In this document: positions 56,534 to 64,000 of the stretch, in pieces
Layout: every line of letters starts with the position of its first letter
How positions within the stretch are numbered: the first letter of the stretch is position 1
Source of the DNA: Gammaproteobacteria bacterium
GTDB taxonomy: Bacteria; Pseudomonadota; Gammaproteobacteria; Steroidobacterales; JABDKV01
NCBI GenBank assembly: GCA_029862165.1
Contig: JAOTXU010000005.1
Coordinates: forward strand, 31,102 to 95,101
Direction: 5' to 3'
Length of the DNA: 64,000 nucleotides
Position numbers and translations under genes: made by a program
The notes under the pieces: model-generated
The model's input: the letters and a program-made list of their open reading frames with translations, nothing else
Told to the model about the DNA's origin: nothing
Database searches by the model: none

Positions 56534-57178
56534 ATGTCTGCGACCGAGTTTTTCGATCCCAATTGCCGTCGTTGTCCCCGTCTCGCGGACTACCTGGATC
56601 ATAGCCGCGAAACCTATCCGGATTATCATTGTGCCCCGGTGCCGTCTTTCGGCGACCCTAGTCCACGTCTGCTGATCGTCGGGCTGGCCCCGGGCATGCA
56701 CGGCGCAAATCGCACCGGCAGGCCTTTTACGGGCGATCATGCCGGCGTAATTCTCTATCGCACGCTACACCAATACGGTTTCGCCAGCGCACCCGAATCC
56801 GAGATTAACGACGAACTCTCGTTGCCTGGTGCGCGGATCACCAATGCCGTCAAATGTGTACCCCCGGGGAATAAACCGATCGGCGCCGAGATTAACGAGT
56901 GCAATACATTTCTTGCCGCCGAACTGGCCGCATTGAAGCGTCCGGTAGTGGTGCTGGCATTGGGCGGTATTGCCCACCGTGCCGTAATCCGCAGCCTGGG
57001 TCTGAGACAGGCCGACTATGCTTTTGGCCACGCGGCCGAGCATGGGCCCGAAGACGGCGTGACGCTGGTCGATTCGTATCACTGCAGCCGTTACAACACG
57101 AATACTCGCCGCCTGACAGAGGACATGTTTGGTGGGATTTTTGCGCGTATTCGGGAAATTCTTGCGGAGATGGCATGA
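56534..57178 (+). CDS. Uracil-DNA glycosylase family 5 (Fe-S)
   Basis: CRRCPRL, GLAPGMHGANRTGRPFTGD, KCVPPGNKP, YHCSRYNT. Confidence 0.9.
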   Translation: MSATEFFDPNCRRCPRLADYLDHSRETYPDYHCAPVPSFGDPSPRLLIVGLAPGMHGANRTGRPFTGDHAGVILYRTLHQYGFASAPESEINDELSLPGARITNAVKCVPPGNKPIGAEINECNTFLAAELAALKRPVVVLALGGIAHRAVIRSLGLRQADYAFGHAAEHGPEDGVTLVDSYHCSRYNTNTRRLTEDMFGGIFARIREILAEMA

Positions 57179-59031
57179 AAAGCCGTCCGGCGCCTTTGAC
57201 CGAACGGCCCGGACCGGTCAGTTTCGATCCCGAGGAATTGCTCACATCGCTGACCAGCCGACCGGGCGTTTACAGCATGCTGGATGCCGACGGGAAAGTG
57301 ATCTATGTCGGCAAGGCCAGCAACCTGCGCAATCGTGTGACCAGCTATTTCCGCGGTGGCGCCACGGCCGTCAAAACTGCTGCCATGCTGCGACTGGTCC
57401 ACGACATCCAGGTGACCGTAACCCATACCGAAACCGAGGCCTTGTTGCTTGAGGACACGCTGGTGAAACAACACCAGCCCCGTTACAACATTTTGCTTCG
57501 TGACGATAAGAGTTTCCCGTACATTCGGGTGTCCATGGAGCATGACTTTCCGCGCCTGTCTTTTTATCGCGGACCAAAACGCAAGGGACACAAATACTTT
57601 GGCCCTTATCCCAGCGCCCGCGCGGTGCGAGAGGCCCTGGGTCATTTGCAACGCCTGTTTCAGATTCGTCAATGCGAAGACAGCTTCTTTTCCAATCGTT
57701 CTCGGCCTTGCCTACAACACCAGATCAAGCGCTGTTCCGCGCCGTGCGTCGATGTCATCAGCCGTGACGACTATGCCAACGACGTAAAGCACGCGCTGTT
57801 GTTCTTACGGGGACGCGAAGCGGAAGTCAGTGCTGACCTGGTTAATCGCATGGAAAGCGCATCAGCCGATCTGGACTACGAGCGTGCCGCACATCTGCGT
57901 GATCAGATCGCCCGCATGAAACGCGTGCAGGAGAAGCAGTTCGTTGCTTCGGGTAGTGGTGACGTTGACGTCGTTGCAGCAACCACCAAGGGTCGACAGT
58001 TTTGTGTGGCCGTAATGTTTGTGCGCAGTGGTCGCAATCTCGGCAGTCGCAACTTCTTTCCGCGCAGCGCAACGCGGGCCGATGCTGCTGAAGTGTTGGC
58101 CTCGTTTATCTCTCAATATTATTTAGCTCGTGAAGCACCCGTGGAAATCCTGGTCAGCCATGAACTCGCGGATCGAGAACTCCTGGAGCAAACATTTGGT
58201 GAGCGGGCAGGGCGGAAGGTTGCCATTCGTACACGCGTACGGGGTGACCGCGCGCGCTGGGTTCAAATGGCCAAAACCAATGCTGATCATGGGCTGCAGT
58301 TGCGCGTAGCATCAGCCAGCAGCCTGGCCAATCAATTCGACGCGCTTAAGGAAGTGCTGGATTTATCTGACCCGCCGAGTCGTCTGGAATGTTTCGATGT
58401 CAGTCACACATCAGGTGAATTGACTGTTGCCAGTTGCGTAGTCTTTGGTCCGGAGGGTCCACATAAGAGTGAATACCGCAGATTCAACATAAAAGACGTT
58501 ACCCCGGGTGATGACTATGGAGCTATGCGGCAGGCATTGCAGAGACGTTACACACGAATTCGCCGCGGCGAGGCGCCGTTACCTGATGTATTGTTTGTCG
58601 ACGGTGGCAAAGGACAGCTCGCCGAAGCGGACAAAGTCATCGAAGAAATGCAACTTGACGGTGTGGAAATTGTCGGCGTAGCAAAGGGCGCCGATCGTCG
58701 CGTCGGCGATGAGCGCCTTTTCTTGTTGGGCAAAGACAGGCCAATTATACTGCCGACAGATTCGCCGGCCCTGCATCTGATCCAGCAACTACGTGATGAG
58801 GCGCATCGGTTTGCGATTAGTGGTCACCGTTCCCGGCGAGCGAAGGCGCGGACCAGTTCTGTGTTGGAATCCATACCGGGTCTGGGACCGAAGCGACGAC
58901 GTGAATTACTAAAACACTTTGGCGGTTTACAAGGCGTGACACGCGCCGGAATCGAGGATCTTTCGCAGGTGCAGGGCATAAGCCACAAATTGGCCGTAAT
59001 GGTTTATCAGACTTTTCATGGGACAGACTGA
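57175..59031 (+). CDS. uvrC: Excinuclease ABC subunit C
   Basis: GIY-YIG PGVY...YVGKA, LRDDKSFPY, ECFDVSH, DGGKGQ, RDEAHRFAI, HhH GLGPK. Confidence 0.97.
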   Translation: MKSRPAPLTERPGPVSFDPEELLTSLTSRPGVYSMLDADGKVIYVGKASNLRNRVTSYFRGGATAVKTAAMLRLVHDIQVTVTHTETEALLLEDTLVKQHQPRYNILLRDDKSFPYIRVSMEHDFPRLSFYRGPKRKGHKYFGPYPSARAVREALGHLQRLFQIRQCEDSFFSNRSRPCLQHQIKRCSAPCVDVISRDDYANDVKHALLFLRGREAEVSADLVNRMESASADLDYERAAHLRDQIARMKRVQEKQFVASGSGDVDVVAATTKGRQFCVAVMFVRSGRNLGSRNFFPRSATRADAAEVLASFISQYYLAREAPVEILVSHELADRELLEQTFGERAGRKVAIRTRVRGDRARWVQMAKTNADHGLQLRVASASSLANQFDALKEVLDLSDPPSRLECFDVSHTSGELTVASCVVFGPEGPHKSEYRRFNIKDVTPGDDYGAMRQALQRRYTRIRRGEAPLPDVLFVDGGKGQLAEADKVIEEMQLDGVEIVGVAKGADRRVGDERLFLLGKDRPIILPTDSPALHLIQQLRDEAHRFAISGHRSRRAKARTSSVLESIPGLGPKRRRELLKHFGGLQGVTRAGIEDLSQVQGISHKLAVMVYQTFHGTD

Positions 59032-59655
59032 GTGAGACCGCAGCTCAACATTCCGACGCTTCTGACCCTCGGTCGCATGGCGCTCATCCCGTTGTTCGTT
59101 ATTGTGTTCTTTTTAGGCGAGTGGGCACGTCCCGCAGCAGCCTTCATGTTCTTGCTGGCCGGACTTACCGACTGGCTGGACGGCTACCTGGCACGACGTC
59201 TGAATCAGACCTCGCACTTTGGGGCGTTTCTGGATCCAGTTGCAGACAAGCTGATCGTTGCTGTTGCCCTGGTGTTAATACTCTACGTGCACGACGGATT
59301 GTTTGGGATTGCTGTTGCTGTGTCCTCGGCAATTATTATCGGGCGGGAAATCGGTATATCCGCTGTGCGGGAATGGATGGCCTTGCTGGGCGCGCGGCAG
59401 CGTGTGGCCGTGGTCGCAATTGGAAAGATCAAAATGATCGTTCAGGTGATCGCGATTTTCTTGCTGCTGTACAAACGACCGATTTATGGCATCGAGATCT
59501 ATGACTATGGCGTGTTGTTGTTGCTGATCGCCGCAGCCCTGACGCTGTGGTCGATGTTTGTCTACTTGCGCGCTGCCTGGCCGATCATTGTTGACCCGAA
59601 CACTGAGATCAGCCCGGGTCAGGCCAGACCGGCAGATCGCGACGGGGACGCTTGA
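59032..59655 (+). CDS. pgsA: CDP-diacylglycerol--glycerol-3-phosphate 3-phosphatidyltransferase
   Basis: TDWLDGYLAR, FGAFLDPVADK, GREI..SAVREW, GKIK. Confidence 0.94.
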   Translation: MRPQLNIPTLLTLGRMALIPLFVIVFFLGEWARPAAAFMFLLAGLTDWLDGYLARRLNQTSHFGAFLDPVADKLIVAVALVLILYVHDGLFGIAVAVSSAIIIGREIGISAVREWMALLGARQRVAVVAIGKIKMIVQVIAIFLLLYKRPIYGIEIYDYGVLLLLIAAALTLWSMFVYLRAAWPIIVDPNTEISPGQARPADRDGDA

Positions 59656-59679
59656 CAGCCATAGGCCGGCCGCTAATAT
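59652..59679 (+). promoter_or_regulatory. Sigma70 promoter of tRNA-Gly
   Basis: TTGACA-16 bp-TAATAT followed by a GC-rich discriminator. Confidence 0.7.
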
Positions 59680-59690
59680 GTAGCGCCGCA

Positions 59691-59766
<76 letters not shown>

Positions 59767-59772
59767 GATAGT

Positions 59773-59803
59773 AAACCCCGGAACAGCTGTTCCGGGGTTT
59801 TTT
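59773..59803 (+). terminator. Rho-independent terminator after tRNA-Gly
   Basis: 28 bp perfect palindrome AAACCCCGGAACAG/CTGTTCCGGGGTTT plus T run. Confidence 0.8.
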
Positions 59804-59856
59804 CTGTCAGGCGGGCCTATGCTACATTGCGCGCTCGCTGGACTGCCCCCCATTAA

Positions 59857-59930
59857 GGCCAGGTGGCAGAGTGGTTATGCAGCGGCCTGCAAAGCCGTGT
59901 ACGCCGGTTCGATTCCGACTCTGGCCTCCA
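59857..59930 (+). tRNA. tRNA-Cys (GCA)
   Basis: GCGGC-CT-GCA-AA-GCCGT arm, TTCGATTC, CCA end, 74 nt. Confidence 0.95.
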
Positions 59931-59942
59931 TTTCTCTTTCAC

Positions 59943-60031
59943 GCCCGGGTGGCGGAACTGGTAGACGCAGCGGACTTAAAATCCGCCGGCCGCATTAGGC
60001 TGTGCCGGTTCGACTCCGGCCCCGGGCACCA
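59943..60031 (+). tRNA. tRNA-Leu (TAA)
   Basis: GCGGA-CT-TAA-AA-TCCGC arm, long variable arm, CCA end. Confidence 0.96.
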
Positions 60032-60238
60032 TAAAGTTGATCGGTTAGGAGACGTGCCTAACACAAACTTCCACTAGAAAAGCCATCTCTTGTCACGCTC
60101 GGGCCAGCATTAATGTTTTTACTGTTGTAGGTGCTGGAGAGTGTTGTGGCTCGCGGCAGGAATTACTCGGTTGACTCGTACCCAAAAGCGTTAATATCGG
60201 GCAAAAGGCTAATGACTCTGAAGCGGGCAGGAATCACC

Positions 60239-61066
60239 ATGAGAACAGTTGTCGTGTACGCCTTACTCCTTCTGCTCGTTGTATCGCCCGTTGATGCTGC
60301 TGTGGACATGCAGTTTCTGCAGAGTCTGGGTGACACCCGATATCACAAAGTGGAGTCAGAAGGCATTGGGCGTGGCTATCACATTTATGTGATGCTGCCG
60401 CAGGGATACGATGAATCATCTCATGAAGAATATCCGACAATTTATCTTTTGGATGGTGGAGCGCTATTTCCACTATTGTCAGGCTATTACCGCTACTTAA
60501 ATTTTGGAGAGGAGATACCAGACGCAATTCTTGTGGGCATTTCCTACGGAAGCGATACTTTTGAGGGAGGAAACTACCGCAGTACCGATTTCACGGCGAA
60601 ATCGTCGGAACGGGATTATTGGGGAGGAGCTGAAAAGTTTCAACAATTCCTGAGTGACGAGTTGATGCCGTTGATTGAAAGTACCTACCATTCGCGAGTT
60701 GATCGTCGTGTTATTTTTGGACAATCGATCGGTGGGCAATTCGTTTTATATACAGCCATGACAAGGCCAAATCTATTTTGGGGCCACATAGCGAGTAATC
60801 CGGCCTTGCATCGAAACTTGCCATTTTTCATGGCAAAACACGCACCGTGTGATACAAAGAGCAAGCGCTCTAAGTTGTTTGTGGGTAGTGGAACCATGGA
60901 CGATCCGAGGTTTCGCGGGCCGGCTCTCAAATGGATCGAATATTGGTCTGCCAATGAGGATAGGCCCTGGCAACTAAAAACATTGAATTTAGCTGGACAT
61001 AGCCATATGTCCGCACCACCCGCATCGTTTCGCCAGGGCATGAGATGGTTATTCACTACAGACTGA
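60239..61066 (+). CDS. Secreted alpha/beta hydrolase (IroE/Fes-like esterase)
   Basis: Signal peptide; YPTIYLLDG, ILVGISY, R..DFT, GGAEKF, GQSIGG nucleophile, C-terminal His; start uncertain (60212 or 60239). Confidence 0.82.
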   Translation: MRTVVVYALLLLLVVSPVDAAVDMQFLQSLGDTRYHKVESEGIGRGYHIYVMLPQGYDESSHEEYPTIYLLDGGALFPLLSGYYRYLNFGEEIPDAILVGISYGSDTFEGGNYRSTDFTAKSSERDYWGGAEKFQQFLSDELMPLIESTYHSRVDRRVIFGQSIGGQFVLYTAMTRPNLFWGHIASNPALHRNLPFFMAKHAPCDTKSKRSKLFVGSGTMDDPRFRGPALKWIEYWSANEDRPWQLKTLNLAGHSHMSAPPASFRQGMRWLFTTD

Positions 61067-61232
61067 CGTGCGGCATTTGCTAATCAAGGGAACCGGGGCC
61101 GTCCAAGTCTGTTTATCCAAGAAAAGGTGTCAGGTTTACTTTAGGGCCATATGGTCGAGGCGATGGGAAGCTGATTTTCCAAGACCGTAATGGTGTTGGT
61201 GCGATCAATTAGAAGTCGTCATTGCCGCCCAA

Positions 61233-62117
61233 TCATCGGTCCGACCCCACTATGAATGGGGGTAGCCGATTACGCTGGAGCCAGTTGATTTTGGACCAGC
61301 GTGCATCGCGCGCTGCAAAATGCATCGTGAACGCATGACGCGATTGCGTTGACTGGTTTTGCGAGCTGTAGTGGGGCAGGTGGTCGTCGAATACAATAAT
61401 ACTGCCAGCCGGCACTTCCAGTGCGACAGCATCAGAATCAGACGGCGGCCGCGTCTCTTCTAACGTGCGTAAGACACCCTGGCCGGTATCATGATTGACC
61501 TCATAAACCTCCCGCAGCGGTGAGTTGTGACCGCGCGGCTGCACCCAAAGACAGCCATTGCCCAGGTGCGCATCCTCAACGGCAATCCAAAACCCAACGA
61601 CACCAGGATAATCGGCGATTAGATAACTGGCGTCCTGGTGCCAGCGAACTTCGCCTCCGATGCGGGGTTGCTTGAATATGTACATGGTTTGCCAAAGCGT
61701 GGCTGGTGCCACGCCCAGGTCGTGCAAGATCGCGGCAAAAATCGGGTTACGGCAAAATTCGGCGAATGCCGGTACAAGGTGGTGCATGGCGTGACCAATC
61801 TTGTTGATGGCCAGGTGTTTAGGCCGAACCAGCTTGCCGCTCGCATCCAGTGCATCTTCTTCCAGAAAACAATGTACCGCCTCTGCGGATTCCAGAAAGT
61901 ACTTATCTCGACCGCGGTCGCGATCTTTGGTTGAAAACACTGAAAGGGGCTGGCTGGTATCGAACTCATGGACGATGTCGAGTGCGGCATTTCTAATCGC
62001 ATCGAGTCCAGGTTGTGCGAGCGCATTCTCGAGCACCAGGAAGCCCTGTGTCCGATAGTCGTTTAGCTGTTCGTCGGTCAACAGCGATTTCGGCGATTCA
62101 GCACGCAGCGATTCCAA
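61233..62117 (-). CDS. PhyH-family 2-oxoglutarate/Fe(II) dioxygenase (PHYHD1-like)
   Basis: INKIGHAMH, MYIFKQPRIGGEV, WHQD, NGCL, PHYS..N.S..SRHAFT. Confidence 0.88.
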   Translation of the reverse strand: MESLRAESPKSLLTDEQLNDYRTQGFLVLENALAQPGLDAIRNAALDIVHEFDTSQPLSVFSTKDRDRGRDKYFLESAEAVHCFLEEDALDASGKLVRPKHLAINKIGHAMHHLVPAFAEFCRNPIFAAILHDLGVAPATLWQTMYIFKQPRIGGEVRWHQDASYLIADYPGVVGFWIAVEDAHLGNGCLWVQPRGHNSPLREVYEVNHDTGQGVLRTLEETRPPSDSDAVALEVPAGSIIVFDDHLPHYSSQNQSTQSRHAFTMHFAARDARWSKINWLQRNRLPPFIVGSDR

Positions 62118-62163
62118 GGAGATTCACCCTAATACGAGGAACTTCGATCATATAGTCAACCAT

Positions 62164-62315
62164 TGGCTCAGTGTACTGCTTGGCAGGGGGAAAAGGCAGG
62201 TTCTGGAACCCCGCGGGCGCTTCGAGTCCTGCATCAGTATGGCCCCACGGTATCGTTGAACGGCAACCGTTGCTGCGAGCGAGCGGGGCATCAATCCTGT
62301 GGGGCGACCGAGCCA
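62164..62315 (-). ncRNA. Candidate structured non-coding element (possible orphan IS110-type non-coding end)
   Basis: Outer 9 bp stem enclosing two interrupted hairpins; see findings. Confidence 0.4.
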
Positions 62316-62410
62316 GACACTAGTAATCCTCTAAGTATCAGCTACGCTTGTTAGCGGTACAATCGGTCTCCAGTTACTGAGATCGTTGGCAAACTCGTAG
62401 GGGATTAACC

Positions 62411-63211
62411 ATGAAGTACACAATGATGATCTGCGTCACCGTCTCGGGCGCGTTACTTTGGGGCTGCACTCCAGCTGGTGTAGACATCCAAGCCGAGCAG
62501 GCGGCACTTCGCGCCGCAGCAGATGCCTATCATGAGGCCGGACACCAGAACGACTTTGGCAGCCTGGCCAATTTCTATGCGAAAGACGGAATCATCCTGC
62601 CGCCAAACACACCAGAAGCAAAAGGTCTGCAAGGCGCCCGGGATTTCTTTGCGACCATCGCCGAAGTTCCAGGAATCGGTGTTCGTTTCGACGACGTCAC
62701 AGCCGAAGTCGCAACCGGCGGGGACATGGGCTATACGCTATCGAATGCCGAAATTAGTTCTGCAGGACCACACGGAGAACAATTGACGGATAAGGACCGG
62801 GACTTTCATCTCTGGAAAAAGCAAGACGGAGAATGGAAGATAGCGGTAGACATGTGGAACTCAGAACTCCCCTTGCCGGGAGTCGCGCCAACATCCAGGC
62901 CGAGAACAACGAGGGCGGACGACGCAACAAATGCGGATCCGCAGCATTACACGGTCGAATTTGAAAACGACAGGGTTCGCATAATAAGAATCAAATACGG
63001 TCCGGGCGAGAAGTCCGTTATGCACACGCATGGCCCAAACGCGGCAGTTTTCCTGACCGGAAATTCTGTTCGTATGAACTTAGCCGACGGTACATCCCAG
63101 GAATTAGTGTCTGTGGCTGGTGCCACTGCGTGGAGTGATGGAGACGAGCATCTACCCGAGAATTTGACCGACGAGCCTTTGGAAGTTGTTCTGGTTGAAC
63201 TTAAGGAATAG
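62411..63211 (+). CDS. Lipoprotein, DUF4440/SnoaL (NTF2-like) domain fused to cupin domain
   Basis: LLWGC; FYAKDG..PPN, GDMGY, WKKQDGEWKIAVDMWNS; then DPQHY.VEFENDRVR, MHTH, EHLPEN. Confidence 0.8.
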   Translation: MKYTMMICVTVSGALLWGCTPAGVDIQAEQAALRAAADAYHEAGHQNDFGSLANFYAKDGIILPPNTPEAKGLQGARDFFATIAEVPGIGVRFDDVTAEVATGGDMGYTLSNAEISSAGPHGEQLTDKDRDFHLWKKQDGEWKIAVDMWNSELPLPGVAPTSRPRTTRADDATNADPQHYTVEFENDRVRIIRIKYGPGEKSVMHTHGPNAAVFLTGNSVRMNLADGTSQELVSVAGATAWSDGDEHLPENLTDEPLEVVLVELKE

Positions 63212-63220
63212 GGGCAACTC

Positions 63221-63454
63221 ATGATTCGAAGAGCCGGCCAGATGACCTACCGGATGGCCCGCCGCATTGTGATCGGCGTAATAGGCGGGTCGCTGCTGTT
63301 GCTGGGTTTGGCGTTAATCGTCTTGCCGGGTCCGGCATTTATTGTAATACCGGTAGGACTGGTAATCCTCAGCCTGGAGTTCGCGTGGGCACGGAGTTGG
63401 TTGCTCGCGATCCGGCGTGGTATTAGCCGTCGGCAACAAAGCGCACATCGCTAA
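63221..63454 (+). CDS. PGPGW-type small membrane protein
   Basis: LIVLPGPA...GLVILSLEFAWAR. Confidence 0.8.
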   Translation: MIRRAGQMTYRMARRIVIGVIGGSLLLLGLALIVLPGPAFIVIPVGLVILSLEFAWARSWLLAIRRGISRRQQSAHR

Positions 63455-63636
63455 AGATAGAATCGCGCACCAACAATTGGTGATTAAAAACATCGCTTCG
63501 TCGATGGAGGCCCGTTTTTCAGCCAAAAATGTGACGGACTTGGCAAAACGGCATCTTGACAATCCTACCTGGTTCATGGCAACGATATTTATCGGCTGTT
63601 ACCCTGTTCTCTGTTGGTCAGTACGAGAAGCGCGAG

Positions 63637-64000
63637 ATGATGCAAGCGGATATCGCGAAATATGCGATGTGGTTATTCGACCGCACGGTCGAGCCGCGTG
63701 AGAATCTTCCCGCGTTATTCGACTTGTTGCGTCGAAAAAATCCCGTTGGCAGCGAATCACTCACTTTTCGGGATTTCGAGGCATTGTTTCGGCGATGGCA
63801 TTGGCAGCAGCAAACTAGCGTCACGACACACGAAGAGATTGAGTTCCATGACGAACCCGGGGAGCCGACGCAGCTCGTCGATGAGAACGACAACGATCTC
63901 TCGCCTGGCATTTGCGAGACGACACAGATGCTGTCGCCTGACGCCGCCCCAATCAGCGACTATCACGTGGTAACGGAAATGCTGATCGAGCAGTTGGTTG
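63637..64000 (+). CDS. Hypothetical protein, 3' truncated by window
   Basis: My translation: ATG at 63637, 121 codons with no stop to the window end (MMQADIAKYAMWLFDR...). Confidence 0.5.
   Translation, partial: MMQADIAKYAMWLFDRTVEPRENLPALFDLLRRKNPVGSESLTFRDFEALFRRWHWQQQTSVTTHEEIEFHDEPGEPTQLVDENDNDLSPGICETTQMLSPDAAPISDYHVVTEMLIEQLV

Noticed and set aside
62209-62232. TTCGAGTCC as a tRNA fragment or attR site
   Set aside because: It does not match the 3' ends of the three tRNAs here and no cloverleaf forms

Overview
This window is gene-dense chromosomal DNA from a moderately GC-rich gammaproteobacterium; gene order and content resemble Xanthomonadales/Steroidobacterales/Woeseiales-type genomes (inference). 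Most of it is housekeeping: pdxJ (partial)-thrABC, tatD, a MacAB-type ABC exporter with fadH, acnA, mnmA, purB, fumC, mazG, a PhoPQ-like two-component operon, nfeD/SPFH, several peptidases, an ECF sigma module, ALDH7, class II DAHP synthase, aceA, icd, uvrY-udg-uvrC-pgsA and tRNA-Gly/Cys/Leu, followed by a short accessory-looking tail. I saw no CRISPR array, rRNA, integrase or transposase. Best leads: (1) a Slam/T11SS-like TPR-barrel gene next to a secreted FecR-domain protein with a TbpB-like barrel, with CRP-type TGTGA-N6-TCACA boxes in the upstream regions; (2) a ~150 nt multi-stem non-coding element at 62164-62315 resembling an orphan IS110-type non-coding end; (3) a ~290 nt highly structured intergenic region at 44115-44404; (4) an uncharacterised lipobox-bearing membrane protein at 16589-17719. 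All family assignments come from motif recognition by eye; no database search was run.
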